Assembly (NCBI GenBank): GCA_963810165.1
Contig: CAWEMG010000037.1
Span: 6,465-70,464 of the forward strand
Direction: 5' to 3'
DNA length: 64,000 nt
Origin: an uncultured Gemmatimonadales bacterium
Lineage (GTDB): Bacteria > Gemmatimonadota > Gemmatimonadetes > Gemmatimonadales > GWC2-71-9
Position numbers and translations under genes: made by a program. The notes beneath the pieces are model-generated. The model saw nothing but the letters and a program-made list of their open reading frames with translations, made no database searches and was not told the origin of the DNA. Positions 10,232 through 23,037 of this stretch are shown one piece after another. The stretch's first letter is position 1; each line of letters begins with the position of its first letter.

Positions 10232-13161
10232 ACGGCCCCAGGTTCCGAATGGGGCTTCCCGTCCTCGACCGGGTCCAGCACCATCAGCACACTGGCCCCT
10301 TTTTCAGGGTTGTTCAGCGGCCCACAGCCGTCCCCCGTGAGCGGTCACGATCGAGTGGCAGATCGCCAGTCCCAGCCCGAGTCCATGCTCCTTGGTGGTC
10401 ACGAAGGGATCGAAGATCTGCTCCAGCCGTGACGTCGGAACGCCAATGCCACTGTCACTCACCGAGAGCTGCACCCGGCCTTCGGGCGTGAGAGTGGTCG
10501 CGATGATCATCTTGCGGGTCGCGGCAGGCTGATCCGCCATGGCATCGCAGGCGTTCATGATCAGATTGAGCAACACCTGCTGCAGCTGGACCCGGTCGCC
10601 CAGCACCGGCGGAATGCCGGGCGAAAGACGGGCCTCCACCGAGACCCGGCGCTCGATCAGTTCGCTATGCAGCAGCGCGGTCACCTCCTCGATGACGTCC
10701 TCCAGCCTCACCGGCCGGAGCTGAAGATCTCCTTTCTTCAGCAGCCCCCGTAACCGCGAGATCACCTCACCCGCTCGCCGGTCGTCGAACGCGATATCCT
10801 CCAGAATCTCGCGCAGCTCGGTGATGCTCGGCGCGTTGGTTGAGAGGATCCGCTGGGCGGCGCGGGCATTGGCCAGAATGGCGGCGAGCGGCTGATTCAG
10901 CTCGTGCGCCAGGGTGCCCGACAGCTCACCCAGAGCCGCGACCCGGCTCAGGTGAGCCAGCTCGCGTTGCTGTTCCTGCAGCAAAGCCTGGGAGCGTTTC
11001 CGCTCGGTTATATCGCGAATGATGACGATGTAGCACGCCTCACCGGCCATATCCACGGTGTCGGTCACCAACAGGATGCGGAAGACGTCCCCGGCCTTGT
11101 TGCGCACATCCAGCTCGTAATCACGCAGACTCCCGCTGGCGTCGAGGGTGGCGCGCGCGATGTCGCTTTCCTCGGAGAGCACCACGAGGCCGAGATCCTC
11201 GGAGGTGCGGCCGAGCACCTCCGCGCGGGAATAGCCGAACATCGACTCCCATTTCTCGTTGACCTCGATGAACCGGTAGTCCTTCTGGCGAACGATGGCG
11301 ATGGCATCGGGGCTGGAGTGAAACGCCTTGCCAAAGCGCTCCTCCGAGCTTCGGAGGGCGCGCTCCGCGGCAATGCGGTCGGCTATTTCATCCCGAAGGG
11401 CGACCACCGCGGAGGAAAGCTCCGTCGTGCGCTCGGCGACCCGCTCCTCCAGCTCCAGGCGCGCCTTCCTCAGCTCGCTCTCTACCTGCTTCTGATCTTC
11501 GATATCGGTACAGGAGCCATACCAGCGGATCACCTCACCGTTGCCATCCCGCACCGGGAGCGCACGCGCCAGATGCCATCGATACTGGCCCGTGGCGTGG
11601 ACCTTCAGACGATGCTCGACCTGACACGGTTGCCCGGTCCGGACCGATTCGCGCCACGCGCGCAGCAACGCCTGCCGGTCATCGGGGTGAGTCATCGACA
11701 ACCAGCTGGCTTCCTCCGTGCTGGCGCTCTCGGCACCGGTCAGGCCATACCAGCGCTGGTTGAAGTACTCCAGCTGCCCTTCAGGACCGGCCGACCAGAC
11801 AATCTGAGGCATGGTGTCGGCGAGCTCGCGGAACCGGGCCTCGCTTTGCCGCAGCGCCACCTCCTCGTGCCGCAGCTCGGCCGCCGACTTCCGGTCGGTA
11901 ATGTCCACGTTGACGCCCAGGAAACGCTCGGGCTTTCCCGCGGCGTCATAGAGGACCTTTCCCTTCGCTAGTACCCAGCGAACCCCGCCGCTGGCCAGCA
12001 GGCACCCGAAACTCGCATTCGTACGCTGACCCACTGATCATGCAGTCGAGCATGGTTTGAGCGACGGCCGCCCGGTCCTGGGGGCTGACCAGGTTGAGAA
12101 AGTCGTTCTGGGTGACGACCTGGTCCGAATCGGGGACGCCCAGAATCTGCCGCGACTTGGGCGACATGGATCCGGTGTCGTCAGCGATGCACCACTCCCA
12201 GGTGCCCACCTGGGAGGCGCTGAGTGCCAGGTCGAGGCGTTCCTGATATTGCCGCGCTGCGATCCTGGGACTGCTCCCGTTCCCGCATGACCGCCGCCAG
12301 AGTCAGGAGAGGCACCGAGATCATGGTCAGAAAGAGCTGGATCGAGAGCGCGTTCTCCGCGGGTGACCGGCTGACGAAGGGGCCATGACCGTGGACTGCC
12401 CCCCAGATGGCCAGACCCCCAACGAGGAGAAGACAGCGTGCTGGTGCCTCGGGGGCCAAATCGGATAGCGGCCCAGACCAGGAACGGCAGGGGGGCATAC
12501 AACAAAACCGGAGCCGCGGGCGGAGCCTCCTCCAGCCTGACAAACACGAATGCGCACACCGCCAGGAGACCGACGACGAGCAGGCCGGCCTCCAGGTAAC
12601 ACCTGGCCGGGGCGGCCCGAAACTCGGACAGCTCAGCCCGCCACCAGGTGAGGATCACGGGGACCAGCGTCAGCGAGGCCAGCACGTTGCCGGGAGTACG
12701 AGTCAGCCACACGTCCCAGAAGCCCAGATGGCGCCCTGCCCACCAGACTCACCATTCCGGCATCGAGGAAGGACGAGAGCGAGGTGCCCAGGAAGGCAGG
12801 CGGCGACGAAGATGCTGACCTGCCTGAAGCTGGACAGGTCGACAGGGTCCTTGATGTAGTGACGCACCAGGGTGGCGCCAATCAGACCTTCGCTGGCGTT
12901 GGTCACGAACCAGCCCAGCACCATTGGGATTGGAATTCCACTCTGAAGCTGACCGATCAGGTGGGCGACAAAGGCGCCCCCCAGGACCGCCCACCAGGAG
13001 GACCGGGCGGTGAGCAGGAAAGCCGCGAGCAGGATGGAGTTGGGTGGCCACAGGGTGGACACCGGGCTGGGCTTCAGGGTGAGTGCAAAGCCGATCCGGG
13101 TACCGACGTAATAGGCCAGGCCCACGATGACCGCCAGGCGGATCAGGTGCATGGCGCGCAC
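10192..13161 (-). CDS. MASE1 plus multi-PAS sensor histidine kinase (FixL-like; several frameshifts)
   Basis: MASE1-like N-terminus (LWPPNSILLA), three PAS/PAC regions, HisKA LAHELNQPL, HATPase QVLLNLIMNACDAM and GLGLGLAIC. Confidence 0.88.
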
Positions 13162-13343
13162 GCTCGGTGGTCCGCCCGGTGCTTAAAGGGGCCCAGGAGT
13201 CTCGTTCATCGTAGCTGAGCTGCGTCATTTGTAGCCGGGCCGAGGTACTCGGACGGGTGATCCTTATTATGTGGGGCTGACCGGAGGGCTCGCCAGCCAC
13301 CCTTCATTTACTGGCCCCGGAGCCGCTAGCTTGCCCCGCTCTC

Positions 13344-14213
13344 GTGAGGAAGGTAGCTGGAGTGGGCAAGATTCTGGTGGTCGTGGCAGGGTCGTTGGCA
13401 CTGGCGTCCTGCGCCAATACCGTCAACCTGCTGAACCCCACCTCTCCCCGGTTTGAAGGTGCGTTCGCGGCTCCCGTATCGGATACCACTATCCGCTCGC
13501 CGGGGCGCCTGCGAGTGGTCAGCTTCAACATCAAGATGGCCGACCGGATCGGGGCTGCCATCGAGGTGCTGCGAAGCGATTCTCTCCGAGATGCCGACAT
13601 CATTTCGCTCCAGGAGATGGACGAGGCCGGCACCGAGCGGATCGCCCGCGAGCTGCATCTCAACTACGTCTATTATCCCGGTTCGATTCACCCCACACGA
13701 AATCGTTACTTCGGACCCGCCATTCTGAGTCGCTGGCCCATCGAGCGGAGCTGGAAGCTCAACCTTCCATACGAGGCGCCGGTCCGGAGACAGCGGCGGA
13801 ACGCCACCGCAGCGGTGGTGAATGTCCGGGGTGAGAGGGTCTGGGTCTACGCCGTTCATCTGGAGACGCAGTCTCGGGCCTCGGCCCGCACCCGGGAGGA
13901 GCAGGCCGCCACGGTCCTGGCGGACGCGAAGAGCGCAACCGGGCCCGTCGTCGTCGCTGGGGACTTCAACAGCTGGGGTATCGGGGAGTACTTCGAGCAG
14001 CAGGGCTTCTCCTGGCCTACCAGGGACGTGGGCAAGACAATTGCCGTCTTTTCCTGGGACCATATCTTCGTGAGAGGGCTGCCTCTCGCTCGGCAGGCTG
14101 GGGGCAAGGTGGTGGACGTCCGCGGCGCCAGCGACCACAAGCCGGTATGGGCCAGCCTGCTGCTCGGTCAGAGTGGGGGAAAACGCCCGTCTTCCCCGGC
14201 TCCTGCCACCTGA
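13344..14213 (+). CDS. Endonuclease/exonuclease/phosphatase family lipoprotein
   Basis: Lipobox LALASC; SFNI, LQEMD, AGDFN, DHIF and SDHKPV motifs. Confidence 0.88.
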   Translation: MRKVAGVGKILVVVAGSLALASCANTVNLLNPTSPRFEGAFAAPVSDTTIRSPGRLRVVSFNIKMADRIGAAIEVLRSDSLRDADIISLQEMDEAGTERIARELHLNYVYYPGSIHPTRNRYFGPAILSRWPIERSWKLNLPYEAPVRRQRRNATAAVVNVRGERVWVYAVHLETQSRASARTREEQAATVLADAKSATGPVVVAGDFNSWGIGEYFEQQGFSWPTRDVGKTIAVFSWDHIFVRGLPLARQAGGKVVDVRGASDHKPVWASLLLGQSGGKRPSSPAPAT

Positions 14214-14314
14214 TCTAAAGTCCAGTTTCGCCGCCCTGTAGCGGCTCGTAGCATCACTCTCACAGCCGCAACTTTTCTCTCCAGCCCGCCATTCGGCGTC
14301 GCCGAGGCGCACCC

Positions 14315-17300
14315 GTGATCCGCACCGCGTTCCGAACCCTGCTCATGCTGCTGGTGGGCGTACTTGCGCTCGCCGTCGGCTCGGGGCTCGTCTTGCGCGC
14401 GGGAGGCGGCGCCTGGGCTGCTAATCGGGTGCTCTCCTCACTTGACCCGCTTCCCGGCATCACGATTCGGGTTGGCGGCGCCAAGGGGAACACGTTCTCC
14501 TGGCTCGAGCTCAGAGATGTCCGCCTGGCCGATGGAAAGGGGAGCGTCCCCTTATCCGTCGCCAGGCTCCGCATTCGCTACAACCTTGCGAGCCTGCTCG
14601 GCGGGCGCGTGGACTTGCGAGAGGTGATTGTGAGCCACCCTCGCTTGGTCCTCCCACAGCGGCCGGACGGCTCCTGGGATCTTCCCCAGCTCAGCAAGAA
14701 GGATGCTGATTCAGCCGTATCGAAACCTCCTGATTCCGCTGGATCGAAAGCTCCGAAGATCGCCATTCACAGCTTCAGCGTGGCCGAGGGCACGATGCTG
14801 CTGCGACTCGGCACCTCGGAGCCCGACTCGGTAGCGGCTACGTTCGAGGCTGAGGGATCGCTGGCAGGGGCCGCGCTCCGCGTCTCCCATCTTGAGGTGC
14901 GCTCGGCTCAGAGCCTGGTGAGTGGGTCCGGCGCTGTCCCGCTGTCATCGCCAGGAGGGCTGGATCTCGACCTCTCCGCGCGGCCGCTTGCCCTGCGTGA
15001 CCTTCGCTTCCTGGGCTCGAGATTCGATCGACCCGATGAAATTGCTGCAACGCTACGCGCTACCGGCACGACCGATCGAGTGGCGTTCCGGATCGAGGCG
15101 CCCCTCATCGAGGGGCGACATCTTCGCGCTCAAGGTGTCGTCACTCATCCGAAAGCCGCAGCGCTGGAGTACAAGGTCGACGCAGATTTCGGCGGGCTCG
15201 ATCCGAGCCTGTTTATCTCCGCCGCAGGACTTCCACAGCTAGTAGGTGGAAGACTACAGGTCGATCTGGCCGGCTCGAGCATGGATCGTCTGGGTGGAGA
15301 CGCTACAGTCTCTGTACACGAGGCGCCGCAGAGGCGACGTGGCCAGCGTCGGATCGTTGCCGAGGCACGATTTCATGAGGGCCGGGCGCGGATCCAACTC
15401 CAGGCCGACTGTCGGGCCGGCGGCGATTGGGCTCCGCGGGTGGATCACTCCCTTTCAGGCGATTCCCTCCTACGATCTCAGCGCACAGGTCCACCGGCTA
15501 CCCTCGGCCTCACCTTCCTGGCTGACGCGTCTGCTGGGCGCTGGCGGCCGGGATTTCCGCGTCAGTCTGGTCGGCCAGGGATTCAGCGCGACGAAGGGCG
15601 ACCTGCGCGCGCGAGTCACGCTGGATCCGGACCGGGCTCAGGCTGGATTGCTCGACGCCGGTTTCGCCGACGTGCGGCTTCGTGGCGGAACCGGCGATTT
15701 CCGAACGATCGCCCGCTCGGACAGCGGAACGGTGACCCTGTCCGGCACCGCAAAGTTAGGTCCGGAGCTGGAGCTTCAGATCCATCGGGGCGTGATCAAG
15801 AGACTGGATGTCGCCGCGGTGGCCGGCGACTCGGGCGTGAGCTCTCTCGACGCAGAGTTTACCCTCAAGAGCCGCGGCACCTCGGCCAGAACTGCCTCGG
15901 CGCGCGTGAGACTGGCCCAGGTCGGCCTGGTGTATGGATCGCGCACCTTCAACCAGGGCCGGATCCAGCTCAGCCTCGACAGTGGAGCGGTGGACGTCAG
16001 AGGCACGGGCCGAATCAATGGCGACTCGGTCGTGGTGAGTGCCCTTGCGCAGCCGTTTCTGGCGGTACCCAGCCTGTCCCTGCGGAATTTCTCCTTCAGT
16101 GGGCTCGAGCTCGGCAGCCTGCTCCCCGACGCAGGCCTCGACGGTGAAATCTCCGGTACCGCCCGCGGGCACGTCGCCGGACGCAACCTTGATCAGCTCA
16201 AGCTCCGGGCGAAGGTGTCACTCGCCCGCTCCCGGATCGGGAAACACGAAATTACGGATGCCATGGTCGGCGCCACCCTGGAACGAGGCCGGCTTGCCTT
16301 GAACGTGAACGCGGACGCGCCGGCGGGCCGCATCGAGCTCACAGGTGTGGCTCGGCCGTTCGACTCCACCCCGAGCTTCACCGTTCAGCGGGGCGACTTT
16401 CAGGGTGTGGACCTCGGAGCAATCCTTTCGAAGAGCGACTGGCATACCAGCCTGGCCGGCTCGTTCGAGGCGGAGGGTTCGGGCAAAATCGGCGAAGACG
16501 CTGCCGGTGCCGGCCGGCTGACCCTGCGCGGCTCCACGGTGAATGATGCTGCCATCACCGGCGGACGAGTCGAGGCCCGGCTCGCCGGTGGCCGGCTCGA
16601 TTTGTCGGGAGTCATCAGGGCCGGGAACGACAGCCTCAGCATCAGGTCGGCGGCATACCCGTTTGAGACGCCGGTACGACTGAACCTGGCTGGCGCCGCT
16701 TCGGTTGCCGCCGTAGCACCGTTCCTGGGGCAAAGCGTGCCGGACGCGGGTGGTGTGGCCGCCATCCGGGTCGAGGGTGAGTTGGGCAGCCTCGAGAGCA
16801 TGAATCTCAAGGGAGAGATGCGGCTCGCCGGCCACGCGAATGATGTGCGGCTCGACTCGGCCAGAACCAGCTTCCAGCTGCGCGGTGGCATGCTCATCGT
16901 CGACACCCTGGCGCTCCGCTCCAGCGTGCTGAATGCCGGCGGTTCCGGTCGCCTCGCGTTGGCACGGGGCGCGCGTCCGCCGTCAGAGCTGCGGGTGTCC
17001 GGCCACATGGCTGACCTCGGATCGCTCACGACCCTGTTAGGAGTGTCGCAGCTGGGGCTCGACTCAGGCAGCTTCAGCGCGTCGGCCCGCGGCACCCGTG
17101 AGGACCTGGCGATCGGCCTCGAGGTAATGGGTGAGAACCTGGAGGTGGGAGCCCGGCGGATCGGCGCGTTCCACGCATCTTTGTCGGGCAACGTCGCCGC
17201 AGGCCGCTCCATTCGTGCCGGCACCGCCGATGTGGTGCTGGAACGCCTGCCCGTGGGGAAGACTACGGTTCGCACGGTGCGGTTACGGGGCATCAAGCAA

Positions 17301-19265
17301 GGAACCGATCTGCTGCTGCGCGGCGAAGCCGTAGTAGATCCGGAGCGGAGTCTTCTGGTGGTAAGCAGTCTGCATCCGGACAGCGCACGCCTCCGGCTCG
17401 ACACCCTCCAGATCAAGCTCGCTGAGGATCGCTGGACCCTGGCCCATCCGGTCAACATCGGGTACGCAGGTCCGATCCGGGTGGACGACTTTTCTCTGGT
17501 CACAGAAGGCCGACGCATTACCGTCGATGGAGTGGTGGATCGCCGGGGCGAGCAGCGGCTACACGCAACGGTCCGCGCCCTCAGGCTGGGCCGATTCGCT
17601 GACCTGTTAGGCGCCCGTGAGGTCGACGGCGAGATCAACGGCACCCTCGACCTGAGCGGTCCTGCCGCCGCTCCCCGTGCCAGGGGCGATGTGGCGTTCG
17701 ACATGCGTGCCCGGGGGAAGGAAGTTGGAACCACCCGCGCACGGATGGATTGGTCGGCTGCGGGCCTGCTGCTGGATATCGGGGTGCGCGAGGAAGAGGG
17801 AGACAGTCTGATGGTGAAAGGCCGCATCCCGCTGGCCCTCTCACTGGCCGAGGACGACACCGCCGGCATGATCAGGCCGGTACCTGGCGGTCAGCTCGTC
17901 CTGGATGCCGTCACCCGGCGTTTCCGGCTCGACGGTGTAGGAGCGCTATTCGATCCGGAGACGGTGCGGAAGCTGCGCGGGCGGCTCGTGATGGATGCCC
18001 ATGCAGGCGGGACCCTCCAGGCGCCTCGTCTCTCGGGTGACATTGCGTTGTTCGATGCTTCCGTCCAGATCCCTCGTTTGGGTGCGACGTACGAGAAAGG
18101 TCAGTTCCGGGTGGGCCTCCAGGGTCAGGAGATTCGAGTCACCAGAGCTCGACTGGAATCCGGCGACGGACATCTCGAGACGCAGGGAACCATTCGCCTG
18201 GGATCGTTGCCCCAGGCTGCTATCGATCTTGACTCCCGGCTGTCGAACTTTCGAGTCGCCGATGCCCAGGAGTTTCGGTCCAGCGTCTCTGGAAAGCTCA
18301 ACCTGACCGGCGCGGGCAAGGCCCCGGTGCTGAAGGGATCGCTCGAAGTCAGCAACACTGACGTGTACCTCCAGGCCAAGAACCTCAAGCAGTCGGCCGA
18401 GGAGGTCGAGCTTTCGGCCGAAGACCTGCGGATACTGGAGCGCAGGTTCGGCCAGGGCGTGACCCGCGGAGCGGAGAAAAAAAAGCCCCTGGCGGCATGG
18501 GAGATTGCGCTCGGATTGAAGCTGGCCGAGAATGTTTGGCTCCGCCGCCACACCGACCCGGTCATGGCAGTGGAGCTGGCGGGAAAGGTCGACATTCAGA
18601 AGAAGCCGGCAGAAGATCTTCAGATCTTTGGAGAGATCCGGCCCCAGGCCGGACGCAGCTTCGTGCAGGTGGTCGGCCGGCGCTTCGATGTGCGGGAGGG
18701 ATCGGTCAAGCTGAATGGCCCACTGGACCAGACAGCCGTCGCGCTGAAAGCGGAATACGTGGCGCCCTCGCCGAGTGGGGCGCCGCCGGTCCTGATTACG
18801 ACTTCGGTCCGCTCAGACACCGGCAAACTCACCGTGTCCCTGAGCTCCATTCCGGTGCTGCGGTCGGAGGACATCATGTCCTATCTCACCACCGGCCGGC
18901 CGGCCAGCACCGATCCAACGCTCGAATCGGATGAGCAGGACGCGCTCTCGACGACCACTTCGCTGGCGGTCGGTGCGGCGCTGGGAACCGTCGCGGGAGG
19001 CGCCGGACAGCGGCTGGGCCTGGATGTGATTCAAATCCTTCAGGATCGGGAAGGCGGACAGACCCTGGTGGCCGGCAAGTATGTCTCGGCGCCGCTCTAC
19101 CTCGGCTTTCGCCAGCCGATCGTTGCGTCCAGCAGCGCGGGTAGCTCGGATAACGAGAGCGATCTCGTGGAATTCGAGGTGGAGTACGCCGCGTTGCGAA
19201 AGCTGCTGCTCAACTTCCAGGGAGGCGGTAGCGAGTTTCGCGCCTTCCTCCGGCTGCGGCGGTGA
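14315..19265 (+). CDS. tamB: Translocation/assembly module TamB-like protein (frameshift near 15410)
   Basis: N-terminal anchor, long beta-rich AsmA-like body, C-terminal TamB/DUF490-like region; directly followed by an Omp85 gene. Confidence 0.8.
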
Positions 19266-21434
19266 CCGGCGCGAACATCCGCCGTACCCACATCAGCGCG
19301 CTTCTGCTGACGGCCTGGGTGAACCTGGTATCGATACCCGCCGCGGCACAGGATTCGATTCCCTTCATCCGGCCGGACGCGCAGCTGGGCTCGATCGATT
19401 TTCGTTTCGAGAGCCAGCAAAGCTTCTCCACATCCGACCTTGGGCGAGTGCTGGGCCTCAAGGCCAGGGGCTCGCTCTACGGGGTCAGGCAGCTGCTCGG
19501 GAAGCTGCCGTTCATTGGCGCTCCCGGCAGCCACCGCTTCGATCCCATCGAGCTTCAGAAGGACGTCGTCCGCCTGACGCGCTTCTACAAGCGATCGGGA
19601 TTCATTACGCCCGAGATCGACTATGGCGTCAAGGCGAACCCGGAGGGGACTCTGGTGGACGTGACCTTCCTCATCCATGAGGGTCCGTCCCTGACATTGC
19701 GGGAGATCAAGACCGCCCTGCCGCCCGATGTGGCACTACCCGAGTCGTTGCTGTCGGCCTGGCATGCATTGGAGACCGATCTTGCCGGGGGCCGGGGGCA
19801 ACGCTTTGGCGATGCCGAGGCCGCAACCGCGGAGCGGCGGGTGATGACATGGCTTCAGGATCACGGGTATCCTCGAGCCGCCACCGAAGCCGAGCGGGAG
19901 ATCCAGCCCGGGAATAACCAGGTGGATGTGACGCTGCGGGTCAGCCCCGGCACCCGCCGGCGTCTGGGCAGTGTCACCGTGGAGGGGAATGAATCGGTCA
20001 GCGACGATGTCGTGTTACGACAGGTCCCCTTCCATACCGGGGACTGGTATTCCGCCGCCGCGCTAGGAGAGGGAAGGAGTCGCATCCAGCAGGTGGACCT
20101 GTTCCCGCAGGTTCAAGTGGGCGTAGACTCGTCTTCCCTGGGAGACTCGATTCTGCCGGTTCGGATAGTGGTCCAGGAGTCGCGGCCCCGACTCGCGCTG
20201 GCGGAAGTCGGGCTACATCTCCGAGGGGGCCGGCGTCACCGGACGGGTACAATGGAACCACCCCAACTTTACCGGCGGGGCCCGCAGCCTGACCGCTTCA
20301 TTCGAGGCGCAGAGCGGCGCCGGTGCGATCGGAACCGAGGCGGAGCGCCTGCTTCGGGGCTCCCTCAACCTGACCCAGCCCTATGTCTTCGCGCCCCGGT
20401 TCGCTCTGATCGTCGGCCCCTTTGCCGAGTATCGGGATGATCTGAGCGATCGATCGGCGGCGATCGGGCTGTCCACCACTCTGCTGTACCGGCTGGGGCC
20501 GCTGTCGACCGTCGCGCTGCAATACCAGCTCAGCGCCCGGCGGATCTACGAGTATCGCTTCGGCGACGTGTCATCCGGCAGTATCGATCTCAGCGACGTC
20601 CTGGTGGACCAGATCCCCGGGCTCATCGACTCGCTCGGCCGCAATATCGACAAGAGCTCGCTGACACTGTCCGGGTCCTTCAGCCACCTGGATGATGTTG
20701 CCAACCCGCGCCGTGGCTGGTTGCTCTACCCGGTGGCCGAGCTCACGGTCCCGGAACCGCTCACGACGGTGCAGTTCGGCCGGCTCGACCTCACCGCTTC
20801 GGTGTTTCACCCCCTGAGCCGAAATGTGGTGCTGGCCGGGCGGATCTCGGCCGGTCGGCTGTTCCCCTTCGGGAAGAGCGTTCCGGCACCAGGAGAAGAT
20901 GCGCGCTTCGAATTCATCAGGCTCAGAGATGAGTCCATGACCGCGGGCGGGACCAACGACGTGCGCGGCTGGGGCAACCGGCTGCTCGGGCCCAAGTTTC
21001 CCGAGGTCGACGCAAGGTTGGAAGGCAGCGATACGGTATTCAGCTCCGACGGGTACGTCCCGATCGGGGCGCTGGCACGGATAAGCGGATCGCTCGAATT
21101 GCGTCTGCCCGCACCTGGTCTGCCGAGCGCTTGGGGAACCCACCTGTTTCTGGATGCCGGCAAGGTGTGGACGCCGGACGAGCGATTTACCCAGGCCGTG
21201 TCGATTCCGGTTGAAGGCGACTTACGCTTCTCGACCGGAGCCGGGATCAGCTACCTGACACCGGTAGGGGCGGTCCGTCTGAGCCTGGCCTACAAGCTGA
21301 ACCCCTCCACCTTGGACTTGCGCAGCGCGGACGAGGTGCTCGATGCCCTGCTGGAAGATCGGCCGGTCGAGAGCGTCGAGCCCGACTGGAGCCGGCGGCT
21401 CCATCTGCACTTGTCTCTGGGAATGGCTCTTTAG
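19262..21434 (+). CDS. TamA/BamA family Omp85 protein with POTRA domains (frameshift near 20210)
   Basis: POTRA repeats, AGGTNDVRGW lid motif, TPVGAVRLSLAYKLNP. Confidence 0.85.
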
Positions 21435-21442
21435 CGCGGAGT

Positions 21443-22078
21443 TCAGTGCTGCACAGCTTCGCCGATCACCTTGGCAATTTCAGCGCTAAAAGCTCCTAGA
21501 ACCTGGCTCAAGGACTCTACCGACTGCTCGGCCGAGCGACCTGCTGCCGGAGCGGTCAAGCGTGCCTCCTTTTCGGCGATCGTTCGCCTGGTTGCGACGT
21601 CGCGCAGGAACCATCGGCCGATGAGGTGGGTGGTCCCGGTGGTATCCGTCTCAAAACTCAGAACGTCAATCTCGAGTTGATAGGTTGGCCGCTCCGGCCC
21701 GGGCCAGGGCTGCACTATCATTCCCTCGCTCTGCAGCAGCATAGACAAGTTATGAGCCAGCGACTGCTCGATGTTGTCGTCCAGGGGCTCTGCCCAACGA
21801 TCGCTGTCGGAGACAGAAACACGATGCTGGGAGATCCGGGTCACTATCTGGTCCTGATCCAGATATCCCGGCAGGTGAACGGGCCCGACGCCGATCGTGG
21901 CCTGCACCGGCCCTGGCGAAGCCGCGGCCCCCACCTTGTCAGCTTCAGGTTCAGGAAGCGCGCTCAGCGTAAAGAGACGCCACGGATCTTCCTGTTGGTG
22001 GCCGACCCGCACGCAACCCGAGAAGCAGAGGCAGACCAGCGCCAGAAACATCGATCTACCCGACGGACGCCGCATCAC
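21443..22078 (-). CDS. PqiC / ABC transport auxiliary lipoprotein
   Basis: Lipobox-like FSGC; GPVHLPGYLDQDQIVTR and DRWAEPL. Confidence 0.85.
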   Translation of the reverse strand: MMRRPSGRSMFLALVCLCFSGCVRVGHQQEDPWRLFTLSALPEPEADKVGAAASPGPVQATIGVGPVHLPGYLDQDQIVTRISQHRVSVSDSDRWAEPLDDNIEQSLAHNLSMLLQSEGMIVQPWPGPERPTYQLEIDVLSFETDTTGTTHLIGRWFLRDVATRRTIAEKEARLTAPAAGRSAEQSVESLSQVLGAFSAEIAKVIGEAVQH

Positions 22079-23037
22079 TTCTCCTGGGCCACGGGTTTGC
22101 CGAACATGAGCGCGCTCGGGTTCCGCTCCAGATAGCCGGTCAACAGACGGACGGACCGCGCGGCGGCCGAAACCTCTTTCAAAGTCCGGGTGAGCTCGTA
22201 CAGCACTGGGGAGTCGTGAATGGTAGCGTCAGTGTGCTGCAGAACTTGGCCGGCCTGATCGATCATCGCCCCGGCCTTCACGCTGGTCTGGTGGAGATCC
22301 GCCGTAAGCCTGGAGACGTTGCTGTCGAGGCGGGTGGCCAGCTGTGACACATTGCCCGCCGCGTCGCCCAGCCGGCCTGCGACGTGGCCCAGGGATTGGA
22401 TCATCAGCTTCAGGTCAGGAGAGCTGACCAGTTGGTGCAGTCCCGAGACGGCTTGCCGGGCCGAGTCGACGAGGCCCTCGACGTCACTTGCTGCCAGCTT
22501 GGTGAGCACTTCGGTCACCGCCATCCGCGCCTTCTCGGTCGAGGACGGCTCGGTGGGGATCTCGCGGTATCGGAACTTGCGGGTGCCTTGCTGTTGGACA
22601 AAGGCGGCCGGAGTGCCGGGAAAGTAGTCCAAAGCCACATACAGCACCCCAGTGACGAAACTCTCCGTTTGGAGCTGCCCCCGGAGGCCGGCATTAATCG
22701 CGCTCTGATACTCCGCCGGGCTGTTCAGAATGGTCTCGCTGCCACCCAGACTGGTGATCTTCTCAGGGTCGATGCCCGACGATGACCGGTATGCGGAATA
22801 CACTCTGATCCGGTTCAGCTGGAGGCGGATGTCTTTCACGGAGCCGATCTCGACGCCGCGAAACTTGACCGGCGCGCCAATGCGGAGGCCATTCACCGAG
22901 CCGGCGAAATAGAGCACGAATGGGTATGTCCGGCGGAAGAAGCGACCGGAGCCGATCAGGGCCACTGCCGTCACAGCCAGCAGCACCGCGCCGAGGACGA
23001 AGACGCCGATCAGCGTTGGGCTGACCCGCTGGCTCAT
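22075..23037 (-). CDS. MlaD/MCE family protein
   Basis: MSQRVSPTLIGVFVLG; SVNGLRIGAPVKFRGVEIGSV; YLERNPSALMFGK. Confidence 0.9.
   Translation of the reverse strand: MSQRVSPTLIGVFVLGAVLLAVTAVALIGSGRFFRRTYPFVLYFAGSVNGLRIGAPVKFRGVEIGSVKDIRLQLNRIRVYSAYRSSSGIDPEKITSLGGSETILNSPAEYQSAINAGLRGQLQTESFVTGVLYVALDYFPGTPAAFVQQQGTRKFRYREIPTEPSSTEKARMAVTEVLTKLAASDVEGLVDSARQAVSGLHQLVSSPDLKLMIQSLGHVAGRLGDAAGNVSQLATRLDSNVSRLTADLHQTSVKAGAMIDQAGQVLQHTDATIHDSPVLYELTRTLKEVSAAARSVRLLTGYLERNPSALMFGKPVAQEK

Noticed and set aside
13773-13784. 12-bp match (gaggcgccggtc) to the tRNA-Cys 3' end as a possible att site
   Set aside because: Short, GC-rich and inside an intact gene; likely chance
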